DNA of 64,000 nucleotides from NCBI GenBank assembly GCA_002327905.1, contig DCUY01000104.1:7904-71903 (forward strand), read 5' to 3'. The stretch comes from a candidate division WOR-3 bacterium UBA2202. Its GTDB lineage: Bacteria; Hydrothermota; 32-111. The notes below the pieces were generated by a model that saw only the letters and a program-made list of their open reading frames with translations, had not been told where the DNA came from and searched no databases. The translations under genes were made by a program, and so were the position numbers. Numbering within the stretch: the stretch's first letter is position 1; the number at the start of each line of letters is the position of its first letter. Shown here one piece after another: positions 56,033-64,000 of this stretch.

Positions 56033-57259
56033 ATGGACATTACGGTTCTGGACATAGGAACATCGAGCGTTAAGACTCTGATGGCTTCCTTGGATGAAAA
56101 TGGAAGCATAAATGTCAATGGCTTCGCAAACACGAAAAACAGCGGAATGGCGAAGAGCAGGATTGTCGATATAGACCTGACAATAATAGCAATCAAAGAA
56201 TCCATACAATCCGCGGAAATAATGGCAGGCAGAAAGGCGGACAATCTCTTTGTTTCAATCGGCGGAAGCGACACCATAGGCATTTCAAGCAAAGGCATAA
56301 TCGCCACAAAGCATTCGGGGGGAGCCATCACTCCTGAGGATGTTGTGCGCGTCATAGCACAGGCTAAGGTTGTTCTCACAATCGACAGCAATATACTGCA
56401 TGTCATACCGAAAGAATACACTGTTGATGATCAGACCAACATCAAGAATCCTGTGGGGCTTTTGGGCTCAAAACTCTCTGCAGAGACAATGGTGATTGCA
56501 GTGCAGAATATTCTGATTCAGAATATAAACAATGCGGTGGAGAGAAGCGGTTTCAAGGTGAATGAACTTATTTCACAGCATGTGGCGGCATTTCATTCCA
56601 CTCTTGACAGAGAAGAGATGGACCTCGGAGTAGCTCTCATAGATATAGGCGGAGGCTCCACAAAGATTTCAATTTTCAATGAGGATGCCATAAGATACAT
56701 TGACACGATTGATGTTGCCGGAGACCATATTACAAAGGATATTTCCATAGGACTCCGCCTTACAAAGAATGATTCGGAATCAATAAAGCTGAAGCATGGA
56801 GCATGCCTTAAAGACCTTGTTTCAAACGAGGAGACATTCTCCGCTCCCGGGCTTAATGAGAGAGAGAGCAGAACAATATCCACATCAGACCTCTTTGAAA
56901 TAATCGCTCCGAGAGTCGATGAGATAATCGAACTCGTGTCAAAATCAATAGAGAAGAGCAACATGTTTGACAAGCTCAATGCAGGCATTGTTCTGACAGG
57001 TGGAACTGCGAATCTGAGAGGAATAAAGGAGAGATTTGAAAGAAAGACAAATCTTCCTGTCAAGATAGGAACCCCTCAGCGCTTATCCGGAATTACGGAC
57101 AATCTCAACAACCCTTCATTTGCAGTGAGTGTGGGAATGCTTCTCTATGCTACTGAAATGTTCAGACAGACAGGCGGTTCTTTATCTAAGAAGAATCTCT
57201 CATTTGACGGTTCAATCAACAGATTCATGAACTTTTTCAAAGATATGTTTAAATTATAA
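56033..57259 (+). CDS. ftsA: Cell division protein FtsA
   Basis: Actin-fold ATPase: VLDIGTSSVKTL, ALIDIGGGSTKISIF, LTGGTANLRGI. Confidence 0.9.
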   Translation: MDITVLDIGTSSVKTLMASLDENGSINVNGFANTKNSGMAKSRIVDIDLTIIAIKESIQSAEIMAGRKADNLFVSIGGSDTIGISSKGIIATKHSGGAITPEDVVRVIAQAKVVLTIDSNILHVIPKEYTVDDQTNIKNPVGLLGSKLSAETMVIAVQNILIQNINNAVERSGFKVNELISQHVAAFHSTLDREEMDLGVALIDIGGGSTKISIFNEDAIRYIDTIDVAGDHITKDISIGLRLTKNDSESIKLKHGACLKDLVSNEETFSAPGLNERESRTISTSDLFEIIAPRVDEIIELVSKSIEKSNMFDKLNAGIVLTGGTANLRGIKERFERKTNLPVKIGTPQRLSGITDNLNNPSFAVSVGMLLYATEMFRQTGGSLSKKNLSFDGSINRFMNFFKDMFKL

Positions 57260-57280
57260 AATATAACAAGGGGGAGAAAA

Positions 57281-58399
57281 ATGTTTAGTCCAATTCAAGA
57301 ATCAGTCCAGCCGGCGAAGATAAAAGTCGTCGGAGTGGGAGGAGCCGGAGGAAATGCAATCAACAGGATGATTTCCTACGGATTCACGGGTGTCGACTTC
57401 ATAAGCATCAATACTGACCAGCAGATATTGAGCGTGTCAAAGGCGCCTGTGAAAATTCAGATAGGCAAGAATATTTCGCGCGGACTCGGAGGAGGCGGAA
57501 ACCCTGAGGTGGGCAAAAAATCCGCAGAGGAGTCAAAGGACGAAATCAGAGAGGCTATTGATGGAGCAGACATGCTTTTCATCACAGCTGGAATGGGCGG
57601 AGCAACCGGAACAGGAGCATCGCCAATAATAGCTGAAATAGCAAAGGAGCTCGGGATACTCACTATCGCAATAGTGACAAAGCCATTTGCATTTGAAGGA
57701 AAGAAGAGGATAAACAGCGCTCTCAACGGAATATCCTCTCTTAAAGAGACTGTTGACACTATGCTTGTGATTCCGAATGAGAAGCTGAAAAATATCTCCG
57801 ACAGGTCAACACCTCTCAACTCTCTTTTTGAAGCGGCTGACACTGTTTTGTATCAGGCGGCAAAGGGCATTTCGGACATTATCATAAGGCCCGGATTTGT
57901 GAACAGGGATTTCGCTGATGTCAAAGCGGTTATGACTTACAGAGGAGATGCGGTTATCGGAGTGGGAACGGCAAAAGGAGACGACAGAGGCGCAAGCGCC
58001 GCTCAGATAGCGCTTGATTGCCCGATACTCGAAGACTCTTCAATTGAAGGCGCATCTGCAATGCTCGTGACTCTCACCGGACCTTCAAATATGTCATACG
58101 GAGATATTGAGGATGCAATGGAGATAATAAGAAAGAGAGCAGGAGAGAATACTGACATAAACTGGGGCGCAGTATTTGATGATACTCTTGAAAATGAAAT
58201 AAGAATTACAATAGTAGCCACAGGAATATCGAGGAATGTGCAGACAGAGAAGCCCAAAGCCGAAGCGCTGGAGCTCTTCAGCACTTCCAAAATAGAGGAT
58301 AAAGCGTCTGATAATTCGACTGCAATGAATGTGAGACGGACAGTTACAAAGGATGATGACATAGAAAAGCCTGCTTTTTTACGCAGAGCAAGCGACTGA
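57281..58399 (+). CDS. ftsZ: Cell division GTPase FtsZ
   Basis: GVGGAGGNAINRM, tubulin signature GGGTGTGASP, C-terminal conserved peptide DIEKPAFLRR. Confidence 0.95.
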   Translation: MFSPIQESVQPAKIKVVGVGGAGGNAINRMISYGFTGVDFISINTDQQILSVSKAPVKIQIGKNISRGLGGGGNPEVGKKSAEESKDEIREAIDGADMLFITAGMGGATGTGASPIIAEIAKELGILTIAIVTKPFAFEGKKRINSALNGISSLKETVDTMLVIPNEKLKNISDRSTPLNSLFEAADTVLYQAAKGISDIIIRPGFVNRDFADVKAVMTYRGDAVIGVGTAKGDDRGASAAQIALDCPILEDSSIEGASAMLVTLTGPSNMSYGDIEDAMEIIRKRAGENTDINWGAVFDDTLENEIRITIVATGISRNVQTEKPKAEALELFSTSKIEDKASDNSTAMNVRRTVTKDDDIEKPAFLRRASD

Positions 58400-58417
58400 T
58401 TTTTTTCATACTCCCCC

Positions 58418-58460
58418 AAGAGGGAGGGATCTATATGACCCTCCCTCTTACCCTTTTTAA
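58418..58460 (+). terminator. Rho-independent terminator after ftsZ (end of dcw cluster)
   Basis: AAGAGGGAGGG-atctatatga-CCCTCCCTCTT, an 11-bp perfect stem followed by ACCCTTTTT. Confidence 0.6.
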
Positions 58461-58749
58461 ACATTGATGTTTTATTCTTCCTTGTGATTATCGTATGATA
58501 TGGTGTAATGCAAAGCACTCTGGCTCTCAGTGGCGTCTTCGCCGAAGCAATCTCCTTACTTCTATTCACTCTTTTGTTTTTTTGTGTCTCCCCGCCTCTG
58601 AACTCTCAACCATTAACTATAAACTATTAACTCTTTGATTTTGTTTTGCCCACGGCACATGGCTCACGGTATCTTTGTCACTTTTTTCCACCCCCGCCGC
58701 TATATATACTCCGAACTCCGAATGGATTTTTTTGCATTTTACCATTTCT

Positions 58750-59667
58750 TCACTTTTTCAGTCTTTTATAGCCGTCTTCAAGAATAATCATGAAGTTTTC
58801 CTTCTTATCATTTATGAACGGATAATCCTCAACGAAATTCATTATCTTATCCCTGCTGTCAAGCACTTCCTTTATAATGTTCAAACAAATTGATTCGTCC
58901 ATTTTCATGGCATTTGCCAATCTTAAAAAATCATCGGCTTTCAGTTTGTTTTTTTTACCGTTTACGGTCAAAGCGCTGTCCTCTTCATTTTTAATGACAA
59001 GTTTTGAAGAAACGATATCATAGCACGGAGAAAGAACTTTCTCATTGTCATCATCATATAAGAATCCGTAATTCTTAAGATGTCCATCCCCGTTTCCCAC
59101 TATAAAATTCATAACAACAATCTTAAAAAAGTTTTGAATTTCTAAGCCCGGAAACTTTGCGTATGCTCTTATCGCTTCTCCGACCCTTTCCGCGCTTCCT
59201 GTATATTTGTCATCCGCCTGAATCACGGACTGCATATCTTCAAAATGAATCTTTTTATTTCCTTTTCTGTCAAATCGCCTCACAATATATGCGCTTGAAC
59301 CGTCACGAAGAGTTACGATTCCGTGAAGAGCGGTCTTAACTCCGGCTATTTCAAATATTGTCATGCACATATTTTCATTTTGAGGCATTTCGGGGAATCT
59401 GTCCGTCTGCGGTTTAAGAATGAATTGACCTCCCGCATAAACAACTTCAACCTCTCCATTTTTTCTGTTTATTTTTGTCGAGAGTTTCGGCTGAACACCC
59501 GATATTGAAAGTTTTCCGACACACTCTTGCGCCTTCTCGGAAATTTCATTGAGAGAAAATCTTACGGAAGGAATTTTTGAAACTGAAAAGACCCGTCTCA
59601 CGCATTTTTCATGCATGAGATCCTCACCCTTCAAAGGAAGGCCGCATGATATGCAGTATCTGTTCAC
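58750..59667 (-). CDS. HipA-family serine/threonine kinase core (HipT-like toxin of a HipBST-type module)
   Basis: ISGVQPKLS (E. coli HipT has ISGYQPKLQ) and VGNGDGHLKNYG (catalytic-loop xGNxDxHLxN); 305 aa; lacks the HipA N-subdomain; N-terminal C-x2-C...H-x2-C. Confidence 0.7.
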   Translation of the reverse strand: MNRYCISCGLPLKGEDLMHEKCVRRVFSVSKIPSVRFSLNEISEKAQECVGKLSISGVQPKLSTKINRKNGEVEVVYAGGQFILKPQTDRFPEMPQNENMCMTIFEIAGVKTALHGIVTLRDGSSAYIVRRFDRKGNKKIHFEDMQSVIQADDKYTGSAERVGEAIRAYAKFPGLEIQNFFKIVVMNFIVGNGDGHLKNYGFLYDDDNEKVLSPCYDIVSSKLVIKNEEDSALTVNGKKNKLKADDFLRLANAMKMDESICLNIIKEVLDSRDKIMNFVEDYPFINDKKENFMIILEDGYKRLKK

Positions 59668-59984
59668 TCCATCTCCTTAATCGAAACTGCGCCTATCGCA
59701 TCTTCGCAGGTCTTTATCAAAAAACCGAAATCATCGTCTTTGTCGAGTTTCAATTTCAATCCTGTGATGTCTCTGTACCAGCCCTCAGGAAGAATGGATT
59801 TAAAAAAAACAAAGAGCTTCTTTGACTCGTATGTTTTTTCCGTCAATGGGAAATTAACCGATATCGGAATTCCCGATTTAAGATATTCATCAAAATAAAC
59901 AAATCTGTAGCCGTCTTCAATCTCCTCTATTATTCCCGCATCCATCTCTTTGAAAAAAACAATACCCTTCCTATTCTTTTTCAT
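59664..59984 (-). CDS. HipA N-terminal-subdomain protein (HipS-like)
   Basis: 106 aa; ...FFKSILPEGWYRDI...IGAVSIKEME aligns with the HipA N-subdomain-1 pattern (FFdNLLPEG...GAV). Overlaps the kinase gene by 4 nt. Confidence 0.6.
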   Translation of the reverse strand: MKKNRKGIVFFKEMDAGIIEEIEDGYRFVYFDEYLKSGIPISVNFPLTEKTYESKKLFVFFKSILPEGWYRDITGLKLKLDKDDDFGFLIKTCEDAIGAVSIKEME

Positions 59985-60171
59985 CTTTTACTGCCTCAAG
60001 ATGGTAGCCGAAAAGAGAGAGCACTCTGTTTACTTTGTCCATACGCATAGTTTTTTTGCCCTGTTCAACTTCCCTAACAAACCTCAGTCCGACACCGGAC
60101 TTCTTGGCAAGCTCTGTCTGAGTCAAGTTTGCCTGCTTTCTTAAAGTTTTGAATCTGTTTTTTATTTCCAT
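59971..60171 (-). CDS. XRE-family HTH protein (HipB-like)
   Basis: 66 aa; LRKQANLTQTELAKKSGVGLRFVREVEQGK helix-turn-helix; overlaps the HipS-like gene. Confidence 0.65.
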   Translation of the reverse strand: MEIKNRFKTLRKQANLTQTELAKKSGVGLRFVREVEQGKKTMRMDKVNRVLSLFGYHLEAVKDEKE

Positions 60172-60177
60172 AGTGAT

Positions 60178-60326
60178 ATTTTATACCCTAAACAGCATAA
60201 TGTCAAGCTCTTTCTTTTAAAGAATCAAATTATTATACCATTAAGGGTATTATTCAGAAGTCATTATACCTTTTTAGGTATTATTTATAGCTCTTGAAAT
60301 TCCATTTATACCCTTTTGAGCATAAT
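60178..60326. promoter_or_regulatory. hipBST promoter with four repeated operator-like palindromes
   Basis: Minus strand: TTGACA (60206..60201) - 17 nt - TAAAAT (60183..60178). Four copies of TTATACC(C)-N6-8-(G)GTATTAT / GCATAAT at 60181, 60233, 60264 and 60306, two of them perfect ATACC-N6-GGTAT palindromes. Copy 1 sits between the -35 and -10. Confidence 0.5.
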
Positions 60327-60968
60327 AATAGCAAGTTTAATGCGAATAGGATGGTGCATGTTTGAATGAATGTCAATAGTGAATAAAACTTCCCGCAGAA
60401 GTCAAGACAAAAAAATATCTGTTACTTTTTTCTCGAAGAATACAAAATGTCAAGCATCCGTCATATCTGTATTAAGGTCACAAAATGTGACCTTAAAGCT
60501 TTATTCTGAAATCAATAGGATAAATTGAAAACCTATTCCTGATAAAGAATCCAAAAATACAAGCTACGGTTCCATTTGTTTAAATATATTACTTTTTCAT
60601 CATTTTGATTATATTCATAGGAGGCAATATAATCGGTTGTAAACCTGTTCTACTGCTAATATTGCTGACAAATTCTCTAATATATGGGAATATAATAGCA
60701 GGTGCATTGTTTTTACTAAAATCCTCCAAATCCAAATTGGGATTTGCCGAATCGGTGCTGAATAAACCAATCATTGTAACCATTAGTTTAATCGGAGATT
60801 TTTCATCATCCCTTCCAAACTCAACCTGAATTTCTGTCTGAAGTTTATCTTTTTTCTCATTTAAATTATTTTTTACATTGAAATCAAATTCCTTTTAAAT
60901 TCTACTTAAAAATGATTTCAACTCCATACTTTTGTTTAGCTTCAAAAGCCTCACCTGGTGATATTTGG

Positions 60969-61038
60969 GACTCCTTGTGTTATTTATTTTTCTGAATTAC
61001 AATAATTCAGTTTTAATTCAAGGAGTCCTTTTTTATGC
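60969..61038 (+). terminator. Nested hairpin followed by T6 (plus-strand intrinsic-terminator-like element) in a gene-poor region
   Basis: GGACTCCTTG ... CAAGGAGTCC, a 10-bp perfect stem enclosing an inner CTGAATT-acaat-AATTCAG hairpin, followed by TTTTTTAT. Confidence 0.35.
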
Positions 61039-61161
61039 TCAATGAGTTTTATTCTCATTTTTTTATATCCATGAAATTCCCCTCTATTGCTATATTATAA
61101 CTTCTTCTATCCTAATCTTTTATAAAGAATCGCTCAACTTAGGGTATAGTTATTATCACCT

Positions 61162-62667
61162 TCATTTTTCTTTTGATTTTTTGTGTCTTTCGTCCCATAA
61201 AGGTTTGGTTAATTTACGAATTTTTTCACCAAATTCTGCCATCTTTTCAAAGTATTCAGGGTCATGAAGTGCAATTTTTGCATTTTCATTTTCAGGTTTT
61301 ATGTCGTCACTTAAAATTTTTTCTCTAAAACATTTGTAATTATCTCTAATGGAACAAGGTGCAAAGAAATTACCTGAAGGGTCTTTAAGATAACCATACT
61401 CTTCCTGCCAGGATCTACCTCTTGTAAAAAAGTCACTCATTAATGCATCGACTATTGTTTTGTCATTTTGATAAAGTTCTATGATGTTGTCTTTGTAATA
61501 CGGAATGAATACGCAAGGCATAATGTTGCCATTCCAGTCAATATGGAAATAACCTCCTTCTCGCGCATAAGCCATGCAACCACGACTTCCAGCACCTGCA
61601 TTCCAGAAATCTCCTACAAAATATCCTTTATCAAACATTATGTGTTCCCATTCTTTTAGTAGATTAACTCTTTCTTCAGGAGAAAGAACTAAATCCATTG
61701 TATCTTTTGCTCTTCCTATTGGCATTAAATGAAACATCCACATATAAGTTGCTCCAACCTCATCAAACCAGTATTCATAAAATTTATCTTCCAAGAGAGA
61801 ATTTATATTCTTTTTAGTAGCGGTTACTGAAATTCCAAATGGAATTCCAATTTTTTTCAAATGTTCTATGTTTTCTAAAATCTGTTTGAATACTCCTTTT
61901 CCCCGTCTGTCATCTGTTTCTTTTTCAAATCCTTCTACAGATATTGCAGGTGTTATGTTTCCTGTTTCTGCCATTCTTTCTAATCTATCTCCATATAATA
62001 GTAATCCATTTGTAAAAACAAGGAAAAACATATTCTGAAAAGTTTCTGCTATGGATATTATATCCTTTCCTGCTTCATTCCAGACGAAAGGTTCTCCACC
62101 AGAAACAACAACAAATGTTGAATCACATATATCCCGCATCTCTCTTATAGCCTTTTCTACTACCCAATAGGGCAAAGAAGCCATTGTCTGAGCCTGGCTT
62201 TCCGCATAACAACCAATACATCTCAGGTTGCATTTTTGTGTTGGTGAGATGGTGAAAAATCCAGGGGGCGCAACATTGTACTTTTCTATATATTTCTTTT
62301 TTACAGCAGATTTTTCTGAAGTGTCACTTTCTAACATATTTTTCATAAATATTTCCCATGATTTTTCCACGTATTTTTTTGAAATAAATCCTCTATCACA
62401 ATTTTTCATTAGCTGATTCACAATATTGATAACAAATTGTCCTACCACTCTTGCAATATATTCCGACTCAAAATATGTCGACTTAATTTTCTCAAACATC
62501 TTGTGTTTTATCCTGGCAACTGCCAGATTTCTTAAACATTTTTTAAGTGGAATTTTTGATGTAGATAATTTTATCAAGTTAAACACCACAGAGCTTTTTA
62601 CTCCAGCCATAAACTTTCTTGCATTTTTACGACTTGCATTTTTAGGATTAAACATCTGTGTTATCAT
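61162..62667 (-). CDS. Radical SAM enzyme with SPASM/twitch-type C-terminal domain and a 130-aa N-terminal extension
   Basis: FFTISPTQKCNLRCIGCYAES (CX3CX2C); C-terminal Cys-bearing region GSRGCMAYAREGGYFHIDWNGNIMPCVF; 501 aa. Confidence 0.75.
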   Translation of the reverse strand: MITQMFNPKNASRKNARKFMAGVKSSVVFNLIKLSTSKIPLKKCLRNLAVARIKHKMFEKIKSTYFESEYIARVVGQFVINIVNQLMKNCDRGFISKKYVEKSWEIFMKNMLESDTSEKSAVKKKYIEKYNVAPPGFFTISPTQKCNLRCIGCYAESQAQTMASLPYWVVEKAIREMRDICDSTFVVVSGGEPFVWNEAGKDIISIAETFQNMFFLVFTNGLLLYGDRLERMAETGNITPAISVEGFEKETDDRRGKGVFKQILENIEHLKKIGIPFGISVTATKKNINSLLEDKFYEYWFDEVGATYMWMFHLMPIGRAKDTMDLVLSPEERVNLLKEWEHIMFDKGYFVGDFWNAGAGSRGCMAYAREGGYFHIDWNGNIMPCVFIPYYKDNIIELYQNDKTIVDALMSDFFTRGRSWQEEYGYLKDPSGNFFAPCSIRDNYKCFREKILSDDIKPENENAKIALHDPEYFEKMAEFGEKIRKLTKPLWDERHKKSKEK

Positions 62668-62693
62668 TACATCCTCCTTTTTGCTTCACGCTT

Positions 62694-63600
62694 TTAATAA
62701 TTTACTGCTTTATTAATAAATCTATCAAAATTTCCTATAAAACTCGATCTTGTTAAAAGAATTATTGTGGCAATAAAGTAATTGAACCAACACCTGAAAC
62801 TATCATAGTAATAGCAACCGGAATACCAAATCGCCGCAGGGGAACCAAATTGGATAATGTGAGCACTAAAAAATCCCATTGTCACAGTTATTACATTAAT
62901 AAAAATTGCCTTGCAGGTTGTTTCTAATGTTTTATCCAGCGCCTCAAGTTCAGTTCCGGCTTTCTTAAATTCTTTCCGAAACCTGCTGAAAAAATGGATT
63001 GAATAATCTATCCCAATACCAATAGGGACGCTTCTTACAAGAACAGTGGCAACGTCCAGTGGAATGCTTGAGAACCCCATAAAACCAAAGATGATTAAAA
63101 GTGCGAAACCTATTGGCACAAGACCTATCAACCCACCAATAAAAGAACGCATCATGAACATAAGACAGATAAATACCAGAACAACGGCAATAATAATACT
63201 CTGGATTTGGCTGAGCATAATACTATTATCTAAATTCTGATAGATAGATGGCATCAATGTTTGAGCAAAAATGACATTAGAATTATTTACTTCTTTGATA
63301 TATTCCTCAATATTCTCAAGCAATTTCCATGTTCGTGCCGTATTCATATTCGTAATAGTTGCCTGAATGATGGCTTCTGTTTTTGCTGGATTAACCAATT
63401 GGCTCATAATTTCTTCCTCTTCTAAAAGAAACCAGAGATTGCTGACCTTATCTTTACTATCCGGTATTGTTTTCCCTTCGTCCATTACATCACTCATTTC
63501 TTCTATTATATCTACTACTGATTGGGGATTATGAACATCTTTTTTTGATTCTAAGAAATCTTTCATCTTTTTCATCTCTTCCAGAACCACAGGGTCCTGA
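62694..63600 (-). pseudogene. MMPL/RND-superfamily exporter (COG1033, HpnN-like), C-terminal half only; interrupted by IS630 and possibly frameshifted near its 3' end
   Basis: Second sterol-sensing-like TM bundle MFMMRSFIGGLIGLVPIGFALLIIFGFMGFSSIPLDVATVLVRSVPIGIGIDYSIHFFSRFRKE. The N-terminal half is absent and the 5' end runs into the IS630 transposase gene. An alternative frame near 62770..62810 gives a more MMPL-like C-terminus (GIPVAITMIVSGVGSITLLPQ*). Confidence 0.5.
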
Positions 63601-64000
63601 ATATCGACTTTAACTATCGTGGTGTCTCTAACAATTCTTGACATTTGAAATTTTATTAAGAATGCTTTCGGCTGAGGCTGTCCAGACAAAAACTTTGGGA
63701 TTTTGATTGTGATTATCTATATATTGATTGATAACATTAACAAGCTCTTTAATATTTTCAAATGATCCTCTGCGTATTATTTTGCAGGTTATTTCAGAGA
63801 ACCATCGTTCTGCATGATTCAGCCATGAACTTGATGTTGGAGTTAAGTGCAGATGAAAACGAGGATGACGCTCCAGCCATTTTATTACACTCTTATGTTT
63901 ATGGGTTGCGTAATTATCTACAATAAGATGCAGGTCAAGTTCAGGTGGAGTCTTGACATTGATTATCTGCAAAAACCTTATGAACTCCTGATGCCTGAAC
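63570..64000 (-). mobile_element. IS630-family insertion sequence (3' part; extends beyond the window)
   Basis: Transposase C-terminal region, 63628..64000 and open to the edge: ...FRHQEFIRFLQIINVKTPPELDLHLIVDNYATHKHKSVIKWLERHPRFHLHLTPTSSSWLNHAERWFSEITCKIIRRGSFENIKELVNVINQYIDNHNQNPKVFVWTASAESILNKISNVKNC. This is the classic DDE motif region of IS630/Tc1-like transposases. Confidence 0.8.

Noticed and set aside
60181-60326. Four roughly 20-bp repeats with regular spacing, a possible mini-CRISPR array
   Set aside because: The repeats are only 20 bp and imperfect, with variable 3-25-bp spacing. They lie directly on the hipB promoter and are individually palindromic. They are operator sites, not CRISPR repeats, and no cas genes are present.
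60589-60829. Two mutually overlapping small ORFs (64 aa minus, 74 aa plus)
   Set aside because: Neither has a recognisable SD or a conserved motif, and at most one can be real. They are reported only as part of the gene-poor region finding.

Overview
This 64-kb chromosomal window is compact (mostly overlapping or abutting genes) and moderately AT-rich. It most likely comes from an uncultured Gram-negative bacterium that uses a type IX secretion system but has canonical sigma70-type promoters (TTGACAAG-16/17-TATAAT), unlike Bacteroidetes proper. That taxonomic placement is an inference, held with low confidence.

Contents, left to right:
1. A long minus-strand surface-polysaccharide operon (1..8241): DegT aminotransferase, Gfo/Idh/MocA dehydrogenase, UDP-glucuronate decarboxylase, UDP-glucose dehydrogenase, a Wzc-type tyrosine autokinase with an extreme Tyr tail, a WbpA-like UDP-HexNAc dehydrogenase and a CMP-sugar synthetase.
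2. A 1425-aa acidic coiled-coil protein next to xerC/xerD, then a beta-CASP ribonuclease and a second metallo-beta-lactamase-fold hydrolase.
3. Two T9SS-sorted secreted proteins. The larger carries a G14/C14 homopolymer just after its ribosome-binding site, a candidate phase-variation switch.
4. Housekeeping genes: an M29 aminopeptidase, ComEC, a DnaJ/Roadblock pair and a GT4 glycosyltransferase.
5. An AT-richer island of about 8.5 kb (27.2-35.6 kb): an orphaned Type II R-M system (C-protein, two amino-MTases, frameshifted REase), a ParB-like nuclease, an IS3 remnant, a DUF5131 three-Cys protein with a TcmP-like partner, and an HsdR_N-like nuclease.
6. A Kv-type K+ channel, HIT, PHP/EndoQ-like, DusB and M23 peptidase genes.
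7. A complete dcw cluster, mraZ through ftsZ, with an extra STAS-domain ORF and a triple-repeat MraZ-box operator.
8. A tripartite HipB-HipS-HipT-like toxin-antitoxin module with four palindromic operators.
9. A roughly 0.8-kb gene-poor stretch, then a 501-aa radical-SAM/SPASM enzyme next to an MMPL/RND exporter gene interrupted by an IS630 element at the window edge.

No rRNA, tRNA or CRISPR arrays were seen.
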